Positions 26,222-39,410 of a DNA stretch of 64,000 bases are shown here, piece by piece. Source of the DNA: Chiloscyllium plagiosum (taxonomy: Eukaryota); contig NC_057736.1 in assembly GCF_004010195.1 (NCBI RefSeq), forward strand, positions 25,007,685-25,071,684. The letters are read 5' to 3'. Within the stretch, counting starts at the first letter, position 1. Each line of letters begins with the position of its first letter. A model generated the notes under the pieces. That model worked only from the letters and a program-made list of their open reading frames with translations. It was not told the DNA's origin and made no database searches. Made by a program: the position numbers and the translations under genes.

Positions 26222-26639
26222 GTGAGTGAGAAAACGGTGAAGGTTTCGGGTTGTTCTTGTTAGATGATGTCGCAGCGCTTTATTGATCGATATCTCTTTT
26301 TCGAACGAGAGTTGTTCTGACGTTCAGAGAGTTCGCGTTAAGTGTCTGGCCATGGCTCGTTTTATTTTTGTTTTTGGCTTCACGTGCTCCGCTGTGGGTC
26401 TTGAGCCTGGTTTCACTTGTACTCCGGTGCTTTACTGAAGGTCTTCAAGAAGCGGTGTTAAATTTAGGCCTCGTTTGGCTATTTCGGGGCGGGGGAGGAC
26501 ATTAAAGATTGGCTGACTGTTCCAACCGCATCGAATTCTCCCTACCCAGACACCATCGAAAAGTTAATTAGCTGCTCCTTCCCAATTGTGGGATCTTGCT
26601 GTGCATCAGCATACTGCTACATATTCATCTCTGCAGGGC

Positions 26640-27720
26640 TTCCTCTGGATAGTGCCCTTGTCCCAACAATCTTCAATTGTTTCTTCGATAACTTTCTTCC
26701 ATCATAAGTTCAGAGATATTCGCTGATGACTGCACACTGTTCATTACCATTCATGATTCATAGGAGTAGGTCATTCAGTTTCTCGAGCCTGTTCAGCCAT
26801 TCAGTGATGTGTTGGCTGATCTGTGGCTGAACTCCATATACCTGCCTTTAGCCCATATCCCTTATTATTTCAGCTGAACAAAAAAAAATCTCAGATTTTA
26901 AAATAAACAACTGATCTATTTGTGGAAGAGAGTTCCAAAATTTACCAATCTTTGTATAAGACTGTTTCCTAACAACTGTCCTGAATAGTCTGGACTTAAT
27001 TCTCAGACTGTGGCCCCTCATATCAATATTCCCACTCAGTGGAAATAGTTTATTTATCTACCTTGCCTTTTTCTGTCAATATCTTGAAAACTCTGATCAC
27101 AAGTCCTCAGTAATTGAATCCAAGGAGGATACCTAACTGTTTCCTATTGATTTTCAATGGCAATGTTATCCCAGAATCCTCCATTGTTAAGTAGTTTTGG
27201 GTATAGCATTGACCAGGAACTGAATTGCCAGCCCTAAATAAATATTTCTGCTGTAAGAGCAGGTTGGAGGTTCAGAACTCTGGTAAGTAACACACCACCT
27301 GACTCTCGAAAGTTTGACCTCCATCTACAAATTACAGTTAGGACAGTAATGGAATACCGTACACCTGCCTGAGAGAGAGCAGTTCCAAAAATACTTGAGA
27401 AACTCAATCAGGCAAAACAGTCAGCTTGGTTGACAGTCTATCCGCTAATTTGCAATGTTCTTGCACCAACGCCTTCTAAACTCATGAAAGCAACCATCCA
27501 GAACGACAAGAGCAGCAAACGCAAGGGAGTACTAGTCCTGAAAATTCTTTCTCAGCTGTACACCATCCTGACTTTTCATTATATCACTTTATTGTCAATA
27601 GGTCAAAATCCTGAATTCCCTTTCTTAACAGCACTGTGGGTGTCCCTCCATCTGTGAACTATAGCAGTTAATAAAGGGCCTTCTTAAGGGCCCCTGTTGA
27701 TGGGCAATAAATGCTGACTT
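26640..27720 (+). mobile_element. Decayed LINE RT fragment with a nested reverse CR1 tail (26760-27100)
   Basis: TTCGCTGATGAC (FADD) at ~26719. Homologous to 55840-57090. Confidence 0.55.
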
Positions 27721-28188
27721 TGCTTGGTTCAGTTTGGTTTTTGTTTTAGTTACCATACAAAAAGGTTTGTGTTCTGTAATAGAATGATTTTTAGAGTTTA
27801 AGTCAACCCACTGTTGAATATTGCTTCTCCAATCTAATTAATTTTGTACCTGTTAACAGAATAATAGACTATGCGATGAAGCAACATTTATAAACATCTC
27901 AGTAGATTATTTAAACATTAAAGGTTTCTATCATGTCATTTACTTCTGTCCAGGAGGCAGCTGTGTTTTGAATTAAAATGTATCTGGATAAGAGTAATGC
28001 TAAAGCACCACAGTATTTTGCTTTTAATGAAGGACTGGTTTTGGTTGCTCACTTTCTCACTTACCCAAAAACTTAAGTGCTTTTGTCAAGCTGTGAAAAA
28101 TGTCAGGATTTTTTTAATAGAAACTCATCATTTTGAAATATTTTGCTCAGATTTTGTTAAATATTTTGTTACAGTTGCGATTACACTA

Positions 28189-28314
28189 ATGGCATCAAAT
28201 TCAGAAAATCCATGTGCAACTGAAGATATGGCTAGAAACAAGACACTGGACCGATGTCTTCAGGTTCTACAAGAAGCAAAAAATGATAGTGAGCAGTTTG
28301 CAGCACTTCTACTG
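28189..28314 (+). CDS. NCDN: Neurochondrin, coding exon 1 (MASNSENP...EAKNDSEQFAALLL)
   Basis: Acceptor ACAG| at 28174, ATG at 28189, donor CTG|GTAAAA. EAKNDSEQFAALLL matches the recalled NCDN N-terminus. Phase 0. Confidence 0.95.
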
Positions 28315-28984
28315 GTAAAAGCTTTTGGCAATGCTGCTAAGTACAAATATACTGTATATTTTCTGACCAGACTAAGTGTTTCTAGATGAGAATTTTACCC
28401 CTACACTTCCCAATACATGAGTTTTAATTATCATTAAACTAAATTACAGTATGTCTTTCTGCTGTGAATTGCAACTCATTAAGCAGTTAATTTTCCATAT
28501 TTGCAATTTCTATGATAACTTTTTAATCAAGTGCTCATGGCTGAAGCAACAATATCTAAAATTGGCTTGTGGTTTTTGAAAAACATAACAAAAATCCTTT
28601 TTAAGTGAATATTACTGATTGCTGTAATGGATGATATACCGTTGTGAATTTTGAGTAATCGTAACCAAAGTACAGGCAGAAAAACTTCATTGTTAGACTT
28701 TATTTATAAATGTGCATGTTGTATAGTGTTTTTTTTTGGTGTTCATCACCTATTAGAAAATAGAAACATAGGAAAAGAAGCAGTGCATTCCACCATCAAA
28801 TTTACTGATTGATCTATACCTTAACTCTTTCAATTTCGCTTGGTTCTGTAACTCTTGACATTTTTGATAGACAAGAATATTATTTCAGTTTTGAAATTTT
28901 TGATTGAACTGCTTTAAGCTTTCTGCAGGAAGTTCTTGATGTCCACAATTGTCAATCTGTGTTTGTGAATAAAGCACTCATGAA

Positions 28985-29260
28985 TATGATTTGGAGATGC
29001 TGGTGTTGGACTGGGGTGTACAAAGTTTAAAAATTACACAATACCAGATTATAGTCCAACAGGTTTAATTGGAAGCACACTAGCTTTCGGAGCGACGCTC
29101 CTTCATCAGGTGGTTGTGGAGGATACAATTGTAAGACACAGAATTTATAGCAAAAGTTTACAGTGTGATGTAATTGAAATTATACATTGATTGTCTGTTG
29201 AGTCTTTCATCTGTTCGAATACCATGATAGTTTCACTTCTTTCATGTGTAAATCACATAG
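28985..29260 (-). mobile_element. Penelope-type repeat (family 2)
   Basis: Homologous to 11500-11628 plus 12780-12950 and to 39296-39410. Confidence 0.7.
29078..29112 (-). ncRNA. Minimal hammerhead ribozyme motif (family 2), intact core
   Basis: Minus strand: CAC CUGAUGA A GGAGC GUC GCUCC GAAA GC UA GUG. 5-bp helix II, 3-bp helix I, palindromic AGCU. Confidence 0.75.
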
Positions 29261-29264
29261 TCAT

Positions 29265-30445
29265 AATAATAGAGGTGTACAGTGTGGAAACAGACCCTTC
29301 GGTCCAACTCGTCCATGCTGACCACATATCCCAAACTAATCTAGTCCCACCTGTCAGCACTTGGCCCATATCCTTCTAAACCCTTCCTGTTCCTAAACCT
29401 ATCCAAATGCCTTTTAAATGTTGCAATTGTACCAGCCTCCACCACTTCCTCTGGCAGCTCATTCCACACATATACCACCCTCTGCATGAAAATGTTGCCC
29501 CTTAGGTCCCTTTTTATATCTTTCTGCTGTCACCCTAAACTTATGCCCTCTAGTTCTAGATTCCCCCCACCCCAGGGAAAAGACTTGGTCTATTTATCCT
29601 ATCCATGCCCCTCATGATTTTATAAACCTCTGAGGTCCACTCCTCAGCCTTCGACATTCCAGGGAAAACAGCCCCAGTCTATTCAGCCTCTCCCTATAGG
29701 TCAAATCCTCCAACCTTGGCAACATGCTTGTAAATCTTTTCTGAACCCTTTCAAGTTTAACAACATGCTTCTGATAGGAAGCAGACCAGAATTGCACATA
29801 GTATTCTAAAAGTGGCCTAACCAACATCCTGTACAGCCTCAACATGACGTCCCAGTGTCAATACTCAATGCTCTGACCAAGAATGGAAAGCATGCCAAAC
29901 GTCTTTTTCACTATCCTATCCACCTATGACTCTACTTTGAAGGAGCTATGAACCTGCACTCCAGTCTTTATTCAGCAACACTCCCCAGGACCTTACCATT
30001 AAGTGTATAAGTCCTGCTCAGGTTTGCTTTCCCAAAATGCAGCACCTCACATTTATCTAAATTAAACTCCATCTGCCACTCTTCAACCCATTGGCCCATC
30101 TGATCAAGATCTCGTTATAATCTGAGGTAACCTTCTTCGCTGTCCACTATACCTCCAATTTTGGTGTCATCTGCACATTTCCTAACTATACATCCTATGT
30201 ACATATCCAAATCATTTATGAAAATGTACGAAAAGTAATGGACCCAGCACCGATCCTTATGGCACACTGTTGGTCACAGGCCTCCAGTCTGAAAAGCAAC
30301 CCTCCACCACCACCACCCTCTGTCTTCTACCTTTGAGCCAGTTCTGTATCCAAATAGCTAGTTCTCCCTGTATTCCATGTGATCTAACCTTGCAAATCAG
30401 TCCCATGGAGAACCTTGTTGAACTCCTTACTGAAGTCCATATAAA
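29265..30445 (-). mobile_element. CR1-like LINE 3' third (RT plus tail)
   Basis: ORF 29612-29845 (LYRMLVRPLLEY..QFW...LERVQKRFT) and the RT fragment WIQNWLKGRRQRVVV. Confidence 0.9.
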
Positions 30446-31073
30446 TGGGCATGTAAAATTAAAAAGTATTGAATTCTTTGTTCTCAACTTTGAACATACA
30501 GAAATAAATTTAATTTGACGTTGATGTGTTTGCGTAACTATCAAGGGACGTGTATTTATCCACAGAGTATTGACAAAAATAAAAGCAAATGGAATTAACA
30601 AGCTTTCTTGATGGATTAGCAGTTGTTTGGAAATAGGAAACCAAAAGTATGGGTAATGAGAATCAACTTTGGAGGCTCCACATTTTACCATAAAAATCAG
30701 TGACTTGAATGCAAAATAGACACTCAAGTTTTATTGTGTTAAAGGTACAGAGTAGCATAAACTGCATCACTGAATATGGTTGAGGCCGAGTTAGACAGAG
30801 AGCCTTGATCACAAGGGAGTTAAGGATCGTGGAGAAATGGTAGGAAAATGAAAATAAAGCAACAATCAGATTGTTTATGATTTTATTGAATTGTGGAGCT
30901 GACCATTCAGTCTATCTTAAGTTTTCATGATTTTTATTTCTTTTAAGAAAAAAATGGAAAAAGAAATCACTTCCACTAAACTAAGCAGATAGATTAAAAA
31001 CCCTTCCTGACAGTTTTGTACAGAACATAACAAAATATTTGACAATGCATTGAATAAAATGTGTTTATTTTAG

Positions 31074-32081
31074 GTGACCAAGGTGGTGAAGGCTGGTGAA
31101 ATAGATGCTGCAACCCGTCGACAGATCTTTGATGCAATCGGATTCTCTTTCCCAAATCGGCTACTTATTACCAAGGAGTCTCCGCATGGCTGCCCCAGTC
31201 AAATTTTCCAATCTCTTGGCATGACTCTCCTTGCATGTTTTTCGACAAATCCGGAATTGGCTATTCACCCACAAATCCTCAACAAAATCTCCATTTTCAA
31301 TGAAATTATTTGTTCAGAAATGGATGCTGGAGCGGATATTGCCACATTTACATCAATGATTGATGACTCCTTCCAGTGTCTCCAAGCAATTTCTGCCCAC
31401 CCTCAGGGTCAGAGACATCTCTTAGATGCAGGAACAGTGTCTGCATTATGTCAGGTTTATCTAAATCAAAGTCATGGCCACATGCACGCTTTGTGTCTTC
31501 TTGTCAGTCTGCTGAACACGATGGAAACCAAATGTTGGAAATCTAATAAATCCGACCTCTTGAAGGTTCTGAACAAACTCAGTGAACAGTTTGCTACAGA
31601 AGAAGATAATCAGAAATTTGAGTTGTGCAACATATTGCAGCATTTTCTACCTGCTGCACCTATCCTAACTGAGGACTCATCTCTCACTGGGTGCTTGAAA
31701 AATCTTTATACTGGTCTGTTCAGCATACTCAGCAGTAAACTGAATAGTTCACAACGAGACCCTGCCCTGAAACTTGGTGGCCTCTTAGTAACTGTTTATG
31801 GTTCAGACTGGATCTTGGCAGAAAATCCTGAAGCTAGCCGTAAATTTTTAGCATTGATGGTGAATCTTGCCTGTGTGGAAGTTCGAATGTGTTTGGAAGA
31901 CTCAAACCTGGATGCAACTCGCTTTAAACCAGATGTCATCACGGCCTGTTATAGTATCATTGAGTTTGGAATGATGGTTTGTGTGCTGGGAGAGAAAGTC
32001 TGTTTTACAGAAACTGAAAGTCGCCAATTAGTACGGATAATGGTGGAAGCTTTTGGAGCAGTCATTTGCTATTTTAAGCAG
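31074..32081 (+). CDS. NCDN: Neurochondrin, coding exon 2
   Basis: TTAG|GTG...AAG CAG|GTGAAA; 1008 nt. VTKVVKAGEIDAATRRQIFDAIGFSFPNRLL...KFLALMVNLACVEVR matches NCDN. Confidence 0.97.
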
Positions 32082-33389
32082 GTGAAATATGGAAATATGT
32101 TTATTATTAGAATAATTTACCTCATTTATGTATTTGTGGTTTCTTGTAACTCCATTTCTGTCTGGACATATTTTGCTGTAGTTCTGAATCTTCAGTCAAA
32201 CTTTCTCTGTAGTCATTGAATTATGGGAGTTTTCCAGCACAGGAGGCGGCCCCTGGCTTATCATGTCCACACCAACTGAAAGACCAACTAATCTTTATTT
32301 TTAGAATTTGGTTTGTAGTCCTGCATGGCATTTTAGGTAATGCTGCAGTCTCAATGTTTTGCAAATACTTTTTCTTTATTTTTTACCTTCAAACCAGCTC
32401 ATTAAATGTTATTCACAATGAAAAGCTTAGAACTGATGGAAGGGATGAAAGTAATCATATACATATGTGAAAATAACAAATGGTTCAGAAGACCATTGTG
32501 AATATTTTGTAAGCAATCTGTTTAACTGTTGTTTTTCCATACCTCTGGAGCCGGTAGGACTTGAACACTGACCTTCTGGTTCAGAAATAGAGACACTGTC
32601 ACTTCACGAGTCCTTCAGGTTTTTTTTTTTCTCAATCTAAAGATGTATTTTGTGGGATATAATTTTTTTTCTGCTGTTCTTTGAAGTTGTAAGAATGAAT
32701 GTGCTATCAGGCTGTCGCACACTACAACTGTGAATGCACACATTTCAAGTTCTTGCTCTCAGCCAGACTGGAGTGGGTGGGGAAGTTGCTTAGCAACCAC
32801 ACCATTGTATTTAGTAACTTCTTGTTAGAGTGCAGAAATGATCAGCCACAAATTCATTTGGAACAGTGTACAGTACATTTGGGACAGTCCAATTGACCGT
32901 AATTACAGGCAAACATTTGAATTGATCTAAGACTACAACCAAGAACAATGTATAGTGCCAATAAGGAAATAGAATTTCCAGCAGATGAGTATGGTGGTGT
33001 AGACAGACAGTGGGTTCCTGCTAAATTTTTAATCTGAATACAGACCTTGTAATTTCTTACTTGAATATATTCCCAAATTCATTGCCTTAGAACAAGGAAA
33101 AATACTTTTTTTAGGATCCAAAAATCACTGGTGCTTCATCATGTGAGCCTGTTTATTCTTACTCTGAAAAACACAAGGATTCAGACACTTTATTTTTTCA
33201 AAAATTCAGCATTGTTGGTGTCAACCAGACTCTTGTTGCAATCTCTATACTTAGAAACTTTGTATCTCAGTCTCTTGCAGCACACATTTTAGTGTGCCCG
33301 CTAGTCCTTTCACCATGGAATTCTTAAAAGAAATTTAGGCCATAAATTTATTAGCTTCACTTTACCTTTGTTTACTTCCTATGCTATAG

Positions 33390-33631
33390 GTTACAGAGGA
33401 ACAGCAGTGGGATCCATTTCTGTTTGCCTCAGTCCGAATCCTGGGTGCTTGGATGGCTGAAGAGACCTATGCACTCAGACAGGAAATCTGTGATGTGCTG
33501 CCTTTTCTGATTTGTTATGCTCAGAAGCTGTTTGAATGTCCAATAAAATCCAATGACCTAAACAATCAAGTGAAAGGACTATCATTGGCTGATAGACCCG
33601 AGGTAACAAAGTGGTCTGAAGATGCCTTGAG
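33390..33631 (+). CDS. NCDN: Neurochondrin, coding exon 3
   Basis: ATAG|GTT...AG|GTAAGA; VTEEQQWDPFLFASVRILGAWMAEET...WSEDALR. Phase 0 to 2. Confidence 0.96.
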
Positions 33632-34434
33632 GTAAGAGGAAAATATGATGCTGCATTGAGTGTAGTCCATTTAATGATCATTAACCTTGTGCATTATTTT
33701 AGTAATATTTCAACCAGTTGGGACAGAGCTTGTCTTTGGTCAGTGTTGTACTACTGTTTCAGTGGTCAAACACCAAACTGTTCAGAAGAATATGAATTTC
33801 TTTACCATGGAGGTAGATTGCAGTTGCAGTTTATTAACTTGCTCTTAATTCTCACAGACAAAACTATTAAATTATCACAACTGTCCTTTAGGGAAGTAGA
33901 CTGCCATCCTTACCTGGTCTGGCCTACATGTGTCTCCAGACCCACAGTAATGTGGTTGAATCTTAACTGTCCTCTGGGCAATAAAGGATAAGTAATAAAT
34001 GCTGGTCTGGCCAGTGATGCCCACATCCTGTGAATATTTTTTTAAAACATGATGGCTTACTGTGCCTCATCAATATTTTCCATTCCACATTTCTTTACTC
34101 AGGAGTTGTTGTTGTTTTTGGTCATGTGACCTGATATGGAGAACAAAAAGAATTGTCAAAAAGCATGTTGCTAAATGTGGTTTCCAAACTGAGAAATAGT
34201 CTCCTTTTTGGTTTCTAATCATTGTGAATATTTATTCCTTACATTTGTGTTTGATATTCTGGCCAGCAGATTAACCAGGATGGAAACTAACTGAGAGGTG
34301 CACTTTAATCACTAGTGAGCATGAACACCTTTCTTAACTTGTTAGATGGTTGTGGCTAAAACTGTTAAAAGTTATAGGAAAAAAAATTGTCTCCTTACTT
34401 AGTGTTTTTTGATATTGTATTTATTTACTTGCAG

Positions 34435-34659
34435 ATTTCTGTTGCCTGGATTTTGTCACCTTTCAGCTGAAGATGTCCCTCGGAGGATCTTAATTTCATG
34501 CGAGTTTCATGTTTTGCTTCTTCGTTATTTCACACAACAGTGGGAAGTCTTCAGTTCTTCCAAAAATGCACCAATTTTGCCAAATGATGCAGAGATGAGT
34601 CTTCGAACAGCTTGTGGAATTTTTCTGAACCTTGTGGTAACGGAGCCTGCACTGATCAG
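34435..34659 (+). CDS. NCDN: Neurochondrin, coding exon 4
   Basis: GCAG|A...AG|GTATAC; FLLPGFCHLSAED...IFLNLVVTEPALI. Phase 2 to 2. Confidence 0.96.
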
Positions 34660-36307
34660 GTATACGTACCTTATCTCAGTAATGAGGGTCACAGTATTAG
34701 GTGTAGATTTAGTGGAGATGGATGGATTCCTCTCAGTTAGCCCATGCAAATAAAGTTTAGTCTGGCTGGCTCAAGTGCCTGTTGGACCATCAAATTTAGG
34801 CTTTTGTAATATTTGATACAAACCGTAATATTGGTAACCAGTTCAAATTAGCTCATTAGTTGCTAGTGTGGGAAGGGAGGAGAGAGCAACATTTCTCTAT
34901 AAGAAGTTGATAGTGTTTTTATAACCATTATAGTTTATGTATTAATCATAGTCTTCAACTAATCCATTGTTTTTCATTTTAGAGCTGATCAAACTATAGT
35001 TGTTGAAATTTTATCAGCAGCAGATAAACCTCACCTCCGAAGCCTAATGCTGCTGCTATGTTTGTGTTTTTGGTTTTTTTTAAGACCGAAGGTCTGGACT
35101 TTGGACCACATTGCAGGATGACCAGCAACAGTGGTCCTGGGGTTTGGCAGGCACAATGTCCTTTTGGTGTTCTGTTGCTGTCTGGTGTTGGTGCAGAAAA
35201 TCAACCTCTAATTTTAATGCTGGGACAGTGCAAGAGACAGATTTGTTAATACGGTGGCATGGTTGTCTTTTAGTTACCCCACCATTAATGCCCTGCCTTT
35301 TGATGCTGAATATTCTCTGCACAAACATAGTTAAGTAATGGGAATCACAGGGCTGGAGTGATCACTAGTACCATTTGTAAATATTTCCCACCAATTCATC
35401 CTTCCCATTACTCCTGAAGGTGTGACCTTTTGCTGGGATATAATACCTCGCTGAATAAGAATCATTGCTTACATATAAATTTTAAGAGAACTAGTTTAAA
35501 TATTGAATAGGTGATTTAACATTGGAGCTTTACAGCTGGGCCGATGACTCTTTCTTCCCTTCTAAGTTGTATCGCTTATCCTATTTGCCCTTGCAATTAT
35601 TAGTATTGGACTGCATCCATGTGTAGGACCAACAAGGTAAGGCTAGCTGATTGCTGCCTCAAGCTGACAGCATTTATGGTTAACAGTGTTTTTTCTGGAG
35701 CTTACTCACGGATGAGATTTTGTTGAATTAACTTCCACACCTTGCTACGGTCAAATGATGTATAGGTTGTTGGTCTTGTACCATAACTACTTAGCTAATT
35801 TACTTAACCTGAGCTTACCCCATGTGCATTTTCCAGCAGACGTACCATCACTGGGACTGCGCTTTTTCCTTATAGTTTCTAATTTGGTAAGTTGTAATGT
35901 TCCCTACTGCTATCCGAGCTTGAGATCGAAGATCAATCCCAAGTACGTACTTGGTGTATGATTTGACTACTTACTCATCAACCTGCTGAGGTGTCAGAGG
36001 GTCAGAGTAAATGATTTTGAAGTTCACTAAAGGGTCAGATACTTCTTCTGTATCTAATATTTAGTATCCACATTTACAGTTGTCCTGCTGTTCACAGGCT
36101 CGTAATTTATTCATTTGTCTCTCCACTGTAGAGTCTAGAATGATAGCCAGAGAGGTGTACAGCAAGAAACAGAGCCTTCGGTCCAACTCGTCCATGCCGA
36201 CCAGATATCCTAACCTAATCTTGTCCTATTTGCCAGCACTTGGCTCCCATCGCTCTAAACCCTTTCTATTCATATATCCATCCAGATGCCTTACAAATCT
36301 TGTAAGT

Positions 36308-36466
36308 GTTGAAAATGTGTTGCTGGAAAAGCGCAGCAGATCAGGCAGCATCCAAGGAACAGGAGAATCGACGTTTCGGGCACAAGCCCGAAGAAGGGCT
36401 TATGCCCGAAATGTCGATTCTCCTGTTCCTTGGATGCTGCCTGACCTGTTGCGCTTTTCCGGCAAC
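36308..36466. mobile_element. Fold-back (inverted) pair of family-1 Penelope-type elements
   Basis: Left arm ...GAATCGACGTTTCGGGCACAAGCCC, spacer GAAGAA, right arm GGGCTTATGCCCGAAATGTCGATTC... Confidence 0.8.
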
Positions 36467-37942
36467 TATATATACACACCCCCCAATCCAGGCTCCTCAT
36501 GATTTTATAAACCTCTATAAGGTAACCCCTTAGACCCCAACGCTCCAGGGAAAACAGCCCCAGCCAATTCAGCCTCTCCCTATAGCTCAAATCCTCCAAC
36601 CCTGGCAAATCCTTGTCAATCGTTTCTGAATCATTTCGAGTTTCACAACATCTTTCCGATAGAAGGGAGATCAGAATTGCAGAAGTATTCTAAAAGTGGC
36701 CTAACCAGTGTCCTGTACAGCCACAACATGACCTCACAACACCTATACTCGGAGCTCTGGCCAAAGGGGGGAAGCAGACCAAATGCTGCTTTCACTATCC
36801 TATCTACCTGCAACTCCACTTCCAAAGAACTATGAACTGCACTCCAAGGTCTTTTTGTTCAGCATCACTCCCCATAAGGACCTTCCAATTAAGTGTATAA
36901 GTGGTGCCTTGAATTGCCTTTCCAAAATATAGCAGTTCACATTTATCTAAATTAAACTCTGTCTGCCATGTCTTAGCCCATTGGCCTATCTGATCCAGAT
37001 CCTATTGTACTGTAAGGTAACCTCCTTGGCTATCCACTACACCTCCAATTTTGGTGTCATTTGCAAACTTACTAACTATACCTCCTATGTTCACATCCAA
37101 ATAATTTGTATAATTGAGGAAAAGCATTGGACCCAGCGCCGATCCTTGTGGCACACCACTGGTCACAGGCCTCTAGTCTGATAAACAACACTCCACCACC
37201 CTCTGTCTTCTGCCCTCTTCATTACTTATTCAAAAAAACTCAATCAAGTTTGTGCAACATAATTTCCCATGCACAAAACCATGTTGACAATCCCAATCAG
37301 TCCTTGCCTTTCCAAATGCATGTAAATCCTGTCCCCCAGGATTCCGCCCAACAACTTGACCACCACTGATGTCAGGCTCACCCGTCTATAGTTCCCTGGC
37401 TTTTCCTTAAATAGTGGCACCATGTTAGCCAACCTCCAGTCTTCTGGCACCTCACCTGTGATTATTGATAATACAAATATCTCAGCAAGAGGCCCAGCAA
37501 TCACTTTCCTGGCTTCCCACAGAGTTCAAGGGTACACTTGATCAGGTTCTGGGAATTTGTCCACTTTTATGCCTTTTTAAGACTTCCAGAATGACCACTT
37601 CTGTAATATGGACATTTTTCAAGATGTCACCATCTATTTCCCCACATTCTATATCTTCCATCTCCTTCTCTACAGTGCACACTGATGCAAAATACTCGTT
37701 TAGTATCCCCTCCACCCCCCCCAAAATCTCCTGTGGTTCCATACATAAGCCACCTTGCTGATCTTTGAGGGACCCTATTCTCTCTCTACTTACTTAATGC
37801 GTCCTTAATGTGTTGATAGAATACAATTTGGATTCTCCTTAACCCTATTTGCCAAAGCTATCTTACGTTCCTTTTTTGCCCTCCTGATTTCCATCTTAGG
37901 TATACATCTACTGCCTTTATACTCTTTTAAGGTTTCTTTCGA

Positions 37943-37976
<34 letters not shown>

Positions 37977-38009
37977 ACTCACTCACTCACTCACTCTTTC
38001 TCTCTCTCT
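37943..38009 (+). repeat. (TC)n/(TCAC)n microsatellite
   Basis: Directly visible. Confidence 0.9.
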
Positions 38010-39295
38010 GCTGTCCATACATGACATATGCTCCCTTCTTTTTCTTGACCAAAACCTCAATTTCTCTAGTCGTCCAACCTTCCCTTCTATTCTAACAGGA
38101 ATATATTGTCTTTATCTCATTTTTGAAGGCGTCCCATAATCTGCAAACATCTGTCCCTAAGACGTACTTGTCTAATACTGTCAAAATTGGCCTTTCTACA
38201 ATTTAGAACTTCAACTTTTAGATCTGGTCTATCCTTTTCTATCTCTGTTTTAAAATTAATAAAATTATATTGTCTGTTTTCGTGCTGTACACCTCTATGA
38301 CTATTATTTAAATGGTCGCTGGCCCTAAAACACTCCCCCCACTGACACCTTAGTCACCTGCCCTGCCTTATTTCCCAAGAGTGGGTCAAGTTTTGCACCT
38401 TCACATGCACTTTGTACATCTACATACTGAATAAAAATATTTTCTTGTACACACTTAACAAATTCCTCTCCGTCTAAATCCTTGTGGCAGTCCCAGTCTA
38501 TGTCTGGAAAGTTAAAATCGCCCTATTATTCCTACAGATGACTGAGATCTCCTTACAAGTTTTGTTTCTCAATTTCCCAAAGACTATAATACAATCCTAA
38601 TAAAGTGATCATCCATCTCTTATTTCTCTGTTCCACCCAAATAACTTCCCTGGATGTATTTCCAGTAATGTCCTCCCTCAGTACAGCTGTAATGCTGTCC
38701 CTTATCAAAAATACCACTCCCCTTCCTCTCTCTCTATCCTTCCTATAACATTTGTATCCTGGAACATTAAGCTGCCAGTCCTGTCCATCCTTGAGCCATG
38801 TCTTTATATTTGCTATGATATCCCAGTCCTATGTTCCCAACCATGCTCTGAGTTCATCTACTTTCCCTTTTGAATTGAAATAAATATAGTTCAATTTATC
38901 AATCCTACCTTGTTTTCTGCTTTGTTTCTGCCTGCCTTGACTGTTTGACTCCTTTTCCCAACTGTATCAGTCTCAGATTGGTCTTTGATCTTTTTCCTCA
39001 CTATCTCCCTGCCCACCCCCCCCCCCCCCCCCCCAACCTGACTAGTTTAAAATCTCCCGAGCAGGTCTAGCAAATTTCCCAGCCAGTATATTAGACCCCT
39101 TCTAATTCATATGCAATACGTCCTTCGTGTACAAGTCACCTCTATCCAGTAAGCGATTCCAGTGTTCCAAAAATGTGATCCCTTTGCCCCGTACTAGCTC
39201 CTCAGCCTCTCATTCACTTGCTCTATCCTCCCATTCCTACCCTCACTAGTTCGTAGCACCGGGAGTAATCCAGATATTACTACCCTCAAGGACCA

Positions 39296-39410
39296 TCAGC
39301 TACCTGATGAAGGAGCAGTGTTCCAAAAGCTGGTGCTTCCAAATAAACCTGTTGGGCTATAACCTGGTATTGTGTGATTTTTAACTTTGTCCACCTCATC
39401 CAGCACCAGC
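39296..39410 (+). mobile_element. Family-2 Penelope-type fragment with decayed hammerhead core
   Basis: CTGATGAAGGAGCAGTGTTCCAAAAGCTGG (GAAA changed to AAAA), followed by the family-2 tail AAATAAACCTGTTGG... Confidence 0.7.

Larger units (their letters stand above)
25700..26500. promoter_or_regulatory. CpG island / bidirectional promoter (NCDN and a divergent gene)
   Basis: Abrupt CpG and GC enrichment. E-box CACGTGAC at 26041, two ATTGG (CCAAT) boxes at 26082 and 26124, ETS-like CCGGAA at 26130, NRF1-like GCATGCGC at 26140, GC boxes at 26152-26171. Outward-facing GTGAGT donors on both strands (26222 + and 25758 -). Confidence 0.8.
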
